A stretch of 64,000 bases of DNA from Mobula hypostoma. Taxonomy: Eukaryota. A program made the position numbers and the translations under genes. This document shows positions 25,731 to 40,986 of this stretch, piece after piece. The first letter of the stretch is position 1; each line of letters opens with the position of its first letter. Where the stretch lies: the NCBI RefSeq assembly GCF_963921235.1, contig NC_086108.1, forward strand, positions 46,068,001 to 46,132,000, written 5' to 3'. Under the pieces are notes generated by a model. The model did no database searches. It saw nothing but the letters and a program-made list of their open reading frames with translations, and was not told the DNA's origin.

Positions 25731-27652
25731 TTATTCTTTGAATATTCCACAATTACATCACTGTCCAAAAATATATTGATTTTAGCCTTGACTATCCAAT
25801 CTCAGTTGTGCATATGATTAATGAACATGATAATACCAGGAGTCGGAAAAACGGCACCTATCCAGAAATTCAACTTCGGTCACCAGCGTTGACACATTAT
25901 AATGCAGTAGGAGTCAATAGAACTGAATTTCAAAGGGAGAGAAGAATACATGACGTTTCCATGTTGGAGAAGGGCATAAAGTGCTTTGCAGAGATGGGGT
26001 GAATTATAATGACTTTTTAAGAAAAGAAAACCTGCAGGAATTTCTTCTTTGAAATGTTTAATTTACAGTTGTTAAACTGAGAGATGTTAGTGCTGTGGAA
26101 CGGAATCTATTCCACTGTGAACAAATATTAGCTATATGTAAGTCCTATCAGAACTATAGATAACAAAGTTTGATCTACATTGATGAACAATGGTTCCCTT
26201 TGTTCATAGCACAGAGATAAGATAATTTCTTCCCATTATTCTATCCTTGGGATTGCAGCATTTTTACTGGACCAACAGTCTGGACCATTGAGCTGGAGAT
26301 GAGAGCTTGATCCTTGCCAGAGCATTGGTGGGGAGGGACGAATTTAAAAAAAGTTTTAATAATGAGAACCATGAAACTATAAAACAGATCTCACTTTGTT
26401 CAAAATAGAAAGAAACAACCACCATACGAGAAACTGAGATGACACGGGGAGGTAATCACCCCTATGTTACAGGAGGCAGGTAAATGGGTGACTGTCAAGA
26501 GAGGGAAATGAAATGGGGGCAGGTAGTACAGAGTACCCCTGTGCTGTTTTCCCCAATATTAAATATACCATTTTGGATACTGTTGAGAGGGACAACATAC
26601 CAAGGGGTAGCTGTGGCGAATGGGTCACTGGCACTTTGACTAGTGCTGTGGCTCAGAAGGGAAGGGGTGGAAGAAGGGGACTGCATTAGTGATAGGGGTT
26701 CCATAGTTAGAGGAGTAGGCATGAGGTTCTGTGCATGCGATTGAGGTCACCTAGATGGTATGTTACCTTCCAGGTGCCAGGATTAAGGAAATCTCAGATC
26801 GGATCCGCGACATTCTAAAGAGGGAGGATGAGTAGCCAGGAGTCTAGGTACATACTGGCACCGAAGACATAGGTAGGAAAATTGAGGTGGTTCTGGAGAG
26901 AGAATTTCAGGGAGCTAGGTACTGTATAAAGCTGAAAAGCAGGACCTCCAGGGTAGCAATCAAGGTGGGCCAGTGAAGGTAGGAATGGAATGACTTGGCA
27001 GATGAATGCATGGGTGAGAAACTGGTGCAGGGGGCAGGGTTTCAGATTTCTGGATCACTTCTGGCGAAGGCATGACCCATGCAAAAGGGGCAGGTTACAC
27101 CTGAACCTGAGAAGAATCAATATCCATGTGGTTAGGTTTATTAGAGCTGTTGCGGAGGGTTGAAGCTAATTTGGCAGGGGGATAGGATCTGGAGTGATAG
27201 GACTGTTGGATTACAAGCAGAGGCAGTGTGCCATGAGATTGTCTGGAAGGACAGGCAGCAGATGATGGGACAAAATTTCAGTCAGTAGGAAACTGCAGTG
27301 TAAAGGGGAGACAAAATTTAAAAACACTGACTGATACAGGACTGAAGGTGTTTATTTGAATGCATGCAGTATATGGAATAAGGCAGATGATCTTGCAGCA
27401 CAGTTAGACATTGACAGGCACGATGTTGTTGGCATCACTGAGTTGTGGCTGAAAGAAGATCATAATTGGGAGCTTAACATCCAAGGGCACACATTGTATC
27501 GAAAGGACAGGCAGGTAGATAGAGGGGGTGGGGTGGCTGTGTCAGTAAAACATGAAATCAAATCCTCAGAAAGAGGTATCATATGAAAATGTAGAATCCC
27601 AGTAGGTAGAGTTGAGAAATGGTAAGGGTGAAAAGACCCTGATGGGAGTTAA

Positions 27653-27786
27653 GCAACACACACAAAATGCTGGAGGAACTCAGCAGGCCAGGCAGCAGAA
27701 ATGGAAAAGAGTACAGACTGCTGAGTTCCTCCAGCATCATATGTGTGTTGCTTGGATTTCTAGCATCTGCAGATTTTCTCTAGTTT
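27653..27786. mobile_element. Short inverted Penelope-like terminal pair
   Basis: gcaacacacacaaaatgctggaggaactcagcag / ctgctgagttcctccagcat...tgtgtgttgc. Exact 14-bp TSD ctgatgggagttaa at 27639-27652 and 27787-27800. Confidence 0.85.
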
Positions 27787-28074
27787 CTGATGGGAGTTAA
27801 ACACAGACGTCTGAACAGTAGCCAGGGTGTGGGCTACAAATTACAATGGGAGATAGAAAAGGGATGTCAAAAGGGCAATGGTATGATATCATAGGAGATT
27901 TCACTATGCAGGTACATTGGGAAAAAGGAAACTGGAGCTGTATGTGGATCCTAAGAGAGAAACAATTTGTAGAATGCCTATGAATTGACATTTTAGAGCA
28001 GCTTGTGGTTGAGCCCACTAGGGCAAAGGCTATTCTGTAATGGGTGTTGTACATGAAATGGATTTCATTAGGCA

Positions 28075-28860
28075 CATAGAACATAGAAATCTACAGCACA
28101 TAACAGACCCTTTGGCCCACAATGTTGTGCCGACCATGTAACCTACTCTAGAAACTGCCTAGAATTTCCCTACCACATTGTCCTCAATTTTTCTAAGCTC
28201 CATGTACCTATCTAAGAATATCTTAAAAGACCCTATTGTATCCGTCTCTGCCACCGTCACTGGCAGTGGATTCCATGTACTCACCACTCTCTGTGAAAAA
28301 CTTACCCCTGACATCTCCCTTGTACCTACTTCCAAGCACCTTAAAACTATGTTCCCTCATGTTAGCCACTTCAGCTCTGGGAAAAAGTCTCTGGCTATCC
28401 ACACGACCAATGCCTCTCATCATCTTGTACACTCTATCAGGTCACCTCTCATCTTCTGTCGCTCCAAGGAAAAAAGGCCAAGTTCACTCAACCCATTCTC
28501 ATAAGTCAGGTGCTCCAATCTAGGCAACATCTTATAAATCTCCTCTGCACGCTTTCCACAGTATCTACATCCTTCCTGCAGTGAGGTGACCAGAACTGAA
28601 CACAGTACTCCAAGTGGAATCTAACTATGGTCGTATATAGCTGTAACATTACCTCAGGGCTCTTGAACTCAATGCCGCAGTTGATGATGGCCAACACACC
28701 ATATGCCTTCTTAACAACACTGTCAACCTGAGCAGCAGCTTTGAGTGTTCTGTGGACACGAACCCCAAGATCTCACTGATCCTCCACACTGCCAAGAGTC
28801 TTACATTAATATTATATTCTGTCTTCAAATTTTACCTACTGAAATTAACGACGTCACACT
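28075..28860 (-). mobile_element. CR1 3' fragment nested antisense in the long CR1
   Basis: ORFs HLEYCVQFWSPH and RVDSQRLFPRAE. Same family as 4088-4860. Confidence 0.9.
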
Positions 28861-30629
28861 TAAGACAGATTAGGTGAATGGGCAAGAAAGTGGCAAATGA
28901 AATACAATGTTGGAAAATGCATAGTTATGGACTTTGGTAGTAGAAATAAATGTGCAGACTATTTTCTAAACGGGAAGAAAATCCAAAAATCTTTATTGTT
29001 TATAAGTATCTATCCACCCTAATAAAGAGCTTGCCATAGAGTTATAGAGAAAAACAGCTCAACAGAGGAAAAACAGCTGGAGTTTCTGGGAGTAATTCAG
29101 AAGGCACAGGGTAGGTACATTTCCAAGAAGAAGTAGTATTCTAAAGTCAGGCTGATGCAACCGTGGCTGACAAGGGAAGTCAAAACCAACATAAAAGCAA
29201 AAGAGAGGGCAGAAAAATAGAGCAAAAGTTAATTGGAAGTTAGAGGATTGGGAAACTTTTAAAATGCAACAGAAGGCAACTAAAAAGGTCATGGGGTGGA
29301 GGGAAAATTAAAAATGAAGGTAAGCTAGCCAAAATTATCAAAGAGGTTCCACAAAGATTTTTCAGATACATAAAGAGTAAAAGAGAGGTGAGAGTAGATA
29401 TTAGACTGCTGGAGAGGTAGAAATGAGGGATAATGAAATGGCAGATGAACTGAATAAGTATTTTACATCAGTCCGTACTATGGAAGACACTAGCAGTATG
29501 CTGGAAGTTCAAGAGTGTTGGGGGCAGAAATGAGTGCAGTTGTTATCAGTGGGGATGAGGTGCTTGGGAAGCCTGAACAGTCTGACTAAGTCACCTGGAG
29601 CAGATGGACTACACCCAAATTTCTGAAAGAAATAGCTGAAGAGACTGTAGAGGCATTAGTAATGATTTTTCATGAGTTAACAGCTTCTTGAAAATTTCCA
29701 GTCCTCCAGAACAATGCTAGTGTCACTTCACTCTTCAAGAAGGGAGGGAGGAAACTATAGGTCAGTTAGCCTGACCTCAGTGGTTGGGAAGATGCTGGAG
29801 TCGATTGTTAAGGATGTGGTTTTGGGTACCTAGAGACACATGTAAAATAAGCCACATCAGCATAGTTTCCTTAAGGGAAAATATTGCCTGACAAATCTGT
29901 TGGAATTCTTTGAATAAATAACAAGCAGAATAGACAAAAAAAATTGATGGATGTTGTGTACTTGGATTTTCAGAAGACCGTTGACAATGTGCCATGTATG
30001 AAGCTGCTTAACATTGCAGGAGCCCATGGTATTACAGGAGAGATACTAGCATGGATAGAGCATTGGCTGATTGGCAGTAGTCAGAGAGTGGGAATAAAGG
30101 GAGCCTTCTCTGATTGGCAGCTGGTGAGTAGTGGTATTCCACAGGAGTTGGTGTTGGGACCACTTCTTTTTACATTGTACAGTTCGTCAATAATTTAGAT
30201 GTTGGAATTGATGGTATTATGGCCAAGTTTGCTGATGATAGGAAGGTAGGTGGAGGAGCAGGTAACTTTGATGAAGCAGGGACTTAGACAGACTAGGAGA
30301 GTGGATATGGAATACAGTGCCAGGAAGTGTATGGTCATGCAATTTGATAGTGGGAATAAAGGCCTAGACTATTTTCTAAGCGTGGAGAAAATTGAAAAAA
30401 AAATGAGGCACAGAGGGACTTGAGAATCATTGTGCAGAATTTCCTAATGATAATTTGCAGTTTGAGTCAGTGGTGAGGAAGGCAAATGCAATGTTAGCAT
30501 TTATTTTGAGAGGACTAGAATACAAAAATAAGGGTTTAGTGTTGAGGCTTTATAAAGCACTGGTGAGGCCTCACTTGGAGTATTGTGAGCAGTTTTGGGC
30601 CCCTTATTTAAGAAAGGTTGCGCTGACAC

Positions 30630-32510
30630 CTTTTTGGATCAGTAATAGGGATTCTTTCTATTTGATCACATTCCTGGTTTAACCATTCTTCTTTGGCTTT
30701 TTGACATAAGCTTTTAACTTTTTTATCTAAGGACTTATATTCGACAGGATTTGCTTTCTTCCGTCTCCTTTCTTCCATTAGATTTTTGATTTAATCTGTC
30801 ATCCATTTATTCTTCAAGAATATCACTGGTAAAAAGCTCCTCTGTTCTTCAGGTGGATGTTTGAAAGCAAAAGACGGTACCATTATCATGGAAAAAGATG
30901 AGATTATGAACAGATGGACTGAGTATATACAGGAATTGTTTGAAGATGATAGAGGCGAAAAACCAGAAATTAAGAAAAACATTGAAGGTCCAAGTATTTT
31001 AAAACCTGAAGTTCGTAATGCAATAAATAAGATGAAGGAAAGGCAAGGCAGCAGTTCCTGATGAATTAGTAATAGAACAAATTATCACCCTTGAAGATTA
31101 TGGAATTGAAAAACTTTATTGATTTAATCAATGACATTTATGAGACTGGAATTATACCAGAAGAGATGAAAAAAATCAGTATTTATCACTCTTCCTAAGA
31201 AACCTGGAGCAATAAAATGTGAATTACATAGGACCATAAGTTTATTAAGTCATATCACCAAGATACTTCTAAGAATTTTGATGACAAGAGCTAAAAGTAA
31301 GATACAAGCTGAAATAGGTAAAGAACAATGTGGTTTTGTGAAAGACAAAGGTACAAGAAACACAATATTAATGTTAAGGATACTATCAGAACGAGCTATT
31401 CAAAAGTGAAAAGGTTTGTTTTGTTTGTTTTATTGACTACACAAAAGCATTTGATAAAGTGAAGCACAATAAGTTATTTGAAATACTACAGAAAACTCTA
31501 GATCTAGATTCGGAAGACCTCCGCCTAATCAGAAATCTGTACTGGGAACAAACTGCCACTGTAAGAATAGATGGAGAAGTGAGTCAGTTTACGAAAATCA
31601 AGAGAGGTGTTAGACAAGGGTGTGTTTTCTCCCCTGATTTATTTAATGTGCACAGTGAAACAATATTACAAAAAATAAGAGATATCTTAGGAATCAAAAT
31701 TGGCGGTGAAAAATATCAATAATTTCAGATATGCAGATGAGACTGTGTAAATTGCAAATACGAAGGAAGAACTACAAAACTTAATTGATATAGTTGTTGA
31801 AAAAAGTGCAAAAATAAGTCTATCTATCAAGTGCAAAAAGACAGAATGTATGGTGATATCCATAAAGAAGGAGAATCCTATTTGCAGGCTGAGAATAAAC
31901 GGGGAAGACATAAAACAAGTACAGAACTTTTGCTACTTGGGAAGCTGGGTGACATCAGATGGCAGATGCTACATGGACATCAAAAGAAGAATAGGGATGG
32001 CAAAAGACACCTTTACGAGAATGAAGAGTATACTGACCAACACTAAACTAGGCATGACAACCCGCCTCAGAGTACTGAAACGTTACGTTTATCCAGTTAT
32101 GTTATATGGCTCAGAATGTTGGACAATATCTACTAACATGAGGAAATGAATAGAAACAGCAGAGATGTGGTTTTTGAGGAGGATGCAAAGAATATCATGG
32201 ATGAAACAAATATCTAACGAGGATGTCATGAACAGAGCAAACACAAAAAGAGAAATAATGTATGAGATCATGAAAAGGCAATGTAACTTCATTGGACTTG
32301 TGATTAGGAAAGAGGAGTTAGAATGCACGGTAATTACGGGAAAGATTGAAGGGAAGAAAGCAAGAGGAAGACAAAGACAAATGATGATGGAGACAGCAGC
32401 CAGAGAACTGGAAATGAATACCAATGAATTGATCCACTTGACCCGAAACAGGAGTATGTGGGCCATGGCAGTCAAAGCTCAAACTGGGCACAGCACCTGA
32501 TGATGATGAT
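30630..32510 (+). mobile_element. RTE-clade LINE, 5'-truncated, with inverted 5' segment (30630 to about 30813)
   Basis: ORF2 motifs GVRQGCVFSPDLFN, RYADET, FCYLGSWVTSDG and WFLRRMQRISW; (TGA)n tail. 13-bp TSD g(t/a)tg(c/t)gctgacac at 30617-30629 and 32511-32523. Confidence 0.92.
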
Positions 32511-33109
32511 GATGTGCTGACACTGGAGAAGGTTCACGAGAATGAGAAAGGTTTATTGTATGAGGAGCGATTGATGGCACTGGGCCTGTACTCGCTGAAA
32601 TTTAGAGGAATGAGGGTGCGGGATCTCACTGAAACGTATTGACTATTGAAGTGCCTAGTTAGTGTAGATGTGGAGAAGATGTGTCCTATTGTGGGGGAAT
32701 CTAGGACCAGTGGGCACAAATTCAAAATAGAGGGACGTCCATTTAGAACAGAAATGAGAAAGAATTTATTGTGTAAGAGAGTGGTGAATCTGTGGAATAC
32801 TTTGCCACAGGTAGCTATGGAGGCCAGGTTACTGGGTGTATTTAAGGTGGAAGTTGATAGGTTCTTGATTAGACAGGGCAAGAAAGGTTACGGGGAGAAG
32901 GTAGGAGAATGGGGTTGAGAGGGCAATGGATCAGCCATAATGAAATAGTGGAGCAATGTGATGGGCTGAATGGCCTAACTCTTCTCCTATAATCTTATGT
33001 CTTATTCTCCAAAATGGCTGACATATGACTCAAAACCTGTCATTTTGGTGACTCCAGGGATAAATAGGGAGGGATAATGAATTTTGTTGTTCTCATTCTG
33101 TGTGTTATG

Positions 33110-34055
33110 CTTACTTTGTTCCCATGACTACATGGCTAGGCATAGCTCAAATACCATCTACAAATTTGCTGATGATACGACCATTGTTGGTAGAATCTCA
33201 GCAGGTGACGAGAGGGCGTACTGGAAAAAGATATGCCAACTAGTGGAGTGGTGTCGCAGCAACAACCTGGCACTCAACATTGGCAAGACGAAAGTGGTGA
33301 TTGTGGACTTCAGCAACGGTAAGTTGAAGGAACACATACCAATCCTCATAGAGGGATCAGAAGTGGAGAGAGTGAGCAATTTCAAGTTCCTGGGTGTCAA
33401 GATCTCGGAGGACCTAACTTAGGCCCAACATATCGATGCAGTTATAAAGAAAGCAAGACAGTGGCTATACTTCATTCGGACTTTGAAGAGATTTGGTATG
33501 TCAACAAATACACTCAAAAACTTCTATAGATGTACCATGGAGAGTATTCTGACAGGCTGCATTACTGTCTGGTATTGGGGGGTGGGGGGGGGGTGCTACT
33601 GCACAGGACCGAAAGAAGCTGCAGAGGTTTGTAAATTTAGTCGGCTCCATCTTGGGACTAGCCTTCAAAGTACCCAGGACATCTTCAAGGAGCGGTGTCT
33701 CAGAAAGACAGTGTCCATTATTAAGAACCTCCAGCACCGAGGGTATGCCCTTTTCTCACTGTTACCACCAGGTAGGAGATACAGAAGCCTGAAGGCACAC
33801 ACTCAACGATTCAGGAACAGCTTCTTCCCCTCTGCCATCCGATTTCTAAATGGCCATTGAATCCTTGGACACTACCTCACTTTTAAAAGATATATTATTT
33901 CTGTTTTTGCATGATTTTTAATCTATTCAATGTACATATATTGCAATTGATTTACTTATTATTTTTTTCTATATTATGTATTGCATTGAACTTCTGCTGC
34001 TTAGTTAACAAATTTCACGACTCATGCTAGTGATAATAAATTCTGATTCTGATTC
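33110..34055 (+). mobile_element. Rex1/Babar-like LINE 3' fragment
   Basis: ORFs IYKFADDTTIVGRIS, WCRSNNLALNIGKTK, ESILTGCITVWY and LFSLLPPGRRYRSLK; tail ttctgattctgatt. Confidence 0.85.
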
Positions 34056-36074
34056 CATGAATGACCAGATTTCTCTTGTGCTGGCAATTTATAGTTTGAT
34101 TAACTTCACAACCTGCATGTATGTAATATCGGGGGAAACTGGAGCACTCAGGACTACAGAGAGAAGGTGCAAATTCTGCACAAACTGTATTGGAAGTCAG
34201 AACTAAGCCAAGACTGTTGAGAGAATACCTCTAATAGCACTACCCCTATGTTCCCCACAGTCTTACTGGCAGTTTAATGATTACCTTTCTTCCTGCAAAG
34301 TTGTCTCTGATTTTGCTGTCTCCAGAAAATCTTGTTCGGAATCTGGAAATGCACTACACAAGGCGTCCATATTGTGCTCTTTAAATAAATATACACTTCT
34401 TGATTTGTGCCAGGAGGGTGATGATATTCTTGGACTTTTTCCAAAATGTTTTACATAACAGGCTTGTATTAAAGACTACAGCACATGGATTCAGGGGTAG
34501 ATTAGCTTTGCTGATAATAAATCACCTAAGAGACATTGAAAAGCAGGGAACAGTCATGAAGAGTGGCTACTCAGATTGGAGAAAGAGGAGATGCCATGTT
34601 TCACAAGAAAATAGTACTGAATAGTATTACGCACTTATAATTTTATGCTAATAATTTAGGCAAACAATGGTGCCACATCATCTAACTGCAAGGAGTAGCT
34701 AACACTGAGAAAGCAAGTAATATTGGGTAATTTAAACTGAGCAACTACACAGCAAATGAATTTAATTTTAATAAATATGGCATGATACTATTGGAAGGAA
34801 AAAAAACGTTCATCTACACTTCTGAAGTAAACTGAATGTTTATAAGTGCAGAGTATTCCAGGGAAACAGAATTATGAAAAGCAGCAGCATAGGATGGCAG
34901 AACGAATGAAAACAAAACATCTCTATTTATTCTACGGATATACACGAGAAATCAGAAAAATATATTTGCATGGAATCCAAGTCAAGTTTAATGTCAAGTG
35001 CGGTGAGGTACAAAACAAGGATAAACATGCTTGCAGCAGCATCATGGGAATATACTGTGCAGTAGATTCAGACAACACACAGATCATAAATTATACTGCA
35101 CGTTACACTGATTTGGTCTCAATGTTTTCATAAAGGGTATAAAAACATTGGAAGATATTCAAAGCGCAAGATGATTTATGAGAGCAATTGTGTAAAAGAT
35201 AATACAGTCTGTGATATTTTCCTTTAGGATAGGGAAGATCGAGAGGCTATGAACAGACTGAATATGGCAGATGTAGAGTGAACGTGACTTCAGGTAACAT
35301 ACACAAAATGCTGGAGGAACTCGTCATGTCAGGCAGCATCCATGGAAATGAACAGGAAACAAAACAAATGGCCATAAATACAATGTTAGTAACAAATTAG
35401 CAAGATAGGGAGAGATTTCTTTTCTTAAAGTGAGAGCAATAATGAAGTTGCTATCAAACAACAGTTGTTGAGGCGAAAAGCTGGATGTTTTCTAAAGGAA
35501 ACCAGATAAGCAACTGAGAAGAAATTAAAGGATATCCAAGAAAGGCTGAGCTGTGTACAACAACAAAAAATACCTAGACGAATGGCCCTTACTATAATAA
35601 AACGGGTATATGCATTGTTACATGCCAATGACATTTCACCAGATGCAGTTCTGATTAACGGACATCAGCCTAAAATATTAATTGTTTCTATCATCTCCCT
35701 TCAGATTCTGCTGGACTTTGCAACAATTATAACAACAATTATAGTATTTGCAACAATTTCTGTTGATTTTTATATTTCAGATACCTAGCAACTGCAGAAT
35801 TTGCCATACCATGTCTATTTCTGTTGTATAATTAGAGAACAGCAAAATTAGCCAGACAATAGACATCGATCACATGCAAAATTTCTCTTCCAAACTGTTG
35901 TTTACAAACTTGAGTGAATGATAAGTGTACAAAATGTAAAGCATGCAAAATTGACAAGTTTCCACCCCAACCAAGGAACAGAGCGCCAGAAAAACCATCT
36001 AATAATCTGTTCTTTCAGGTATAATACAGTCTGGTAGCGTGGGAGGAGGGGGGAGGATATTGGCACAGAAGCGG

Positions 36075-36436
36075 AAGGGTGGTATGGTAGCTGAGGGATT
36101 AGCCTAACGCTTTATAGTGAGAGTGAAAGGGTTTAATTCCTACTGATTTCTGTAAGGAGTTGGTATGTTCTCACCTGATGATGATGATGATGATTTCTGT
36201 AAGGAGTTGGTATGTTCTTACCAGAACCACGAGTTTCCCCTGGCTGCCCTGATTACCCCCGACATTCCAAGGATGCACGGGCGAGTAAATTGTGGGCATT
36301 CTATGTTGCTGCTGGAACATGGCAACACTTGCAGGCTACCCTCAGCACATCCACAGTCTGTGTTGGTTGTCGATGCAAACAACACATTTCACTCTTTGTT
36401 TCAATTTAGATGTGTCAAATAAGGCTAATCTTTATC
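36075..36436 (+). mobile_element. V-SINE-like tRNA-derived SINE containing a micro-insertion
   Basis: A-box-like tggtagctgaggg, B-box-like gggtttaattcc, V-domain-like tgtaaggagttggtatgttct. Its 3' part is shared with 54945-55200. Confidence 0.7.
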
Positions 36437-36960
36437 TCATGCTTCTTCAAACCTGGTATTACACATGAGCCTTTTAATTTTTGAATAATCTCCACTGTTT
36501 TTACAGGTTGGCTGAAATTTTGCTGAAATTATTTCAGTTTCATTTTAATTGCCTTACCTTAATTTTAGTCGTCTTATTTTAGGTTAACCAACTTATTTTA
36601 TTTTAACTGGGTTACAGTTTATTGTTACTTATGCAGTATTTTCCATCACTTTATGTCGACCTGCTTGTTGGGATGCTTATTTAGTAGGCTTAGGTTAAAC
36701 AACTGCGATGGGACTTACTGGGAGTGGTGAAATCCAGAGCGAATGCTTTATGATGACTCACCAGGCAGAGTATTAGAGATCCCTCCTGGGATCAAGCAAT
36801 CTGGCAACATACAGCAACAAAGTTCACTCATTAGGAATGGTCAATTGGCAATCATGAACAGGCTCCCATGGAACTAGACCTCATTAAGGAAAGAAGGGCA
36901 CTGAAAGAGACAACTAGAGCATTTACTTGAACAGTTGATTTGGATGAAAATCTATTATTA

Positions 36961-39216
<2,256 letters not shown>

Positions 39217-39885
39217 TTAAGAAAACATCTAAATACCAAAAATTTTAAACTTCATATTACGAGCGTGCAAATCCAACTAATTCATTCCATAATGTCAAGT
39301 GACAACCTTGAGATAAGCTACCAAAGCAGAATTATGCTCAATTATGCCCTGTCCTCTACAACAGCTGTTTTTCACTAATATTAGTGAAGACAAATGAATT
39401 GATAGACCAAGACCATAATGCATAGGAGCAGAATTGGGCCATTTGGCCCATCAAGTCTTCTCTGCCATTCCATCATGGCTGATTTATTACCTCTCTCAAC
39501 CCCATTCTTCTGCTTCCTACACGTAACCTTTGACACCCTGACTAATCAAGAACCTATCAACCTCCTGTCCTGAAGTCCACAATCATTTCCCTGGTCTTAT
39601 TGAATTGGGTGAGAGGTTGTTGTTATTACACCACTCAGCCCAGTTTTCAATCTCCCTCCTGTACGCTGATTCATCACCCCATTTGATACAGCCCACACAG
39701 TGGTGTCATCAACAAAACTGTATATAGTGTTGGAGCTGTACTTAGCCACACAGTCATAGCAAGTAGAGCAGGGGGCTAAGTACACATCCCTGCGATACCC
39801 CTGTGCTGATGGAGATTGTAGAGGAACACACATAAAAGTTGCTGGTGAACGCAGCAGGCCAGGCAGCATCTCTAGGAAGAGGTGC

Positions 39886-39921
39886 AGTTGACGTTTCAGG
39901 CCGAGACCCTTCGTCAGGACT
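39886..39921 (-). ncRNA. Minimal type-I hammerhead ribozyme-like motif in the PLE terminus
   Basis: Minus strand AGTC-CTGACGA-AGG-gtctcgg-CCT-GAAAC-GTC-AACT. Confidence 0.6.
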
Positions 39922-40820
39922 AACTGAAGGAAGAGTGAGTAAGGGATTTGAAAGTTGGAGGGGGAGGGGGAGATCCAAAATGATAGGAGAAGACAGGAGG
40001 GGGAGGGATGGAGCCAAGAGCTGGACAGGTGATAGGCAAAAGGGATATGAGAGGATCATGGGACAGGAGGTCCGGGAAGAAAGACGGGGGGGGGGGAACC
40101 CAGAGGATGGGCAAGGGGTATATTCAGAGGGACAGAGGGAGAAAAAGGAGAGTGAGAGAAAGAATGTGTGCATAAAAATAAGTAACAGATGGGGTACAAG
40201 GGGGAGGTGGGGCATTAGCGGAAGTTAGAGAAGTCGATGTTCATGCCATCAGGTTGGAGGCTACCCAGACGGAATATAAGGTGTTGTTCGTCCAACCTGA
40301 GTGTGGCTTCATCTTTACAGTAGAGGAGGCCGTGGATAGACATGTCAGAATGGGAATGGCATGTGGAATTAAAAGGTGTGGCCACTGGGAGATCCTGCTT
40401 TCTCTGGCGGACAGAGCATAGGTGTTCAGCAAAGCGGTCTCCCAGTCTGTGTCGGGTCTCGCCAATATATAAAAGGCCACATTGGGAGCACCGGACGCAG
40501 TATATCACCCCAGCTGACTCACAGGTGAAGTGTTGCCTCACCTGGAAGGACTGTTTGGGGCCCTGAATGGTGGTAAGGGAGGAAGTGTAAGGGCATGTGT
40601 AGCACTTGTTCCGCTTACACGGATAAGTGCCAGGAGGAAGATCAGTGGGGAGGGATGGGGGGGACGAATGGACAAGGGAGTTGCGTAGGGAGCGATCCCT
40701 GCGGAATGCAGAGAGGAGGGGGAGGGAAAGATGTGCTTAGTGGTGGGATCCCGTTGGAGGTGGCAGAAGTTACGGAGAATAATATGTTGGACCCGGAGGC
40801 TGGTGGGGTGGTAGGTGATT

Positions 40821-40959
40821 TCCTCACCTACCACCCCACCAGCTTCCGGGTCCAACATATTATTCCTCACCTACCACCCCACCAGCCTCCAGGTCCAACA
40901 TATTATTCCTCACCTACCACTCCGCCAGCCTCCGGGTCCAACATATTATACCTCACCTA
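40821..40959 (+). repeat. About 3.2 tandem copies of a 43-bp PLE-internal unit, inverted relative to 40778-40818
   Basis: tcctcacctaccaccccaccagc(t/c)tcc(g/a)ggtccaacatattat repeated from 40821, 40864 and 40907. Confidence 0.92.
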
Positions 40960-40986
40960 ATCCCTTACTCACTCTTCTTTCAGTTT

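Larger units (their letters stand above)
26415..33005 (+). mobile_element. Long, heavily decayed CR1 LINE (ORF1 esterase-like region plus ORF2) carrying nested insertions
   Basis: ORF1-like V(I)GDS(I)VRG motif near 26690; LNACSIWNKADDL...VVGITELWL (APE) at 27356; DVVYLDFQK and LVRPHLEYCEQFWAPYLRK; 3' end at 32520-33005. Interrupted by a PLE (27653-27786), an antisense CR1 (28075-28860) and an RTE (30630-32510). Confidence 0.85.

Noticed and set aside
40215..40541. GIY-YIG ORF as a domesticated host nuclease gene
   Set aside because: It is the truncated C-terminus of a PLE ORF enclosed by a TSD, the upstream part is frameshifted, and a decayed homologue exists at 51 kb.
40821..40959. 43-bp repeats as a CRISPR-like array
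   Set aside because: There are no spacers, and the unit is a copy of the adjacent PLE sequence.
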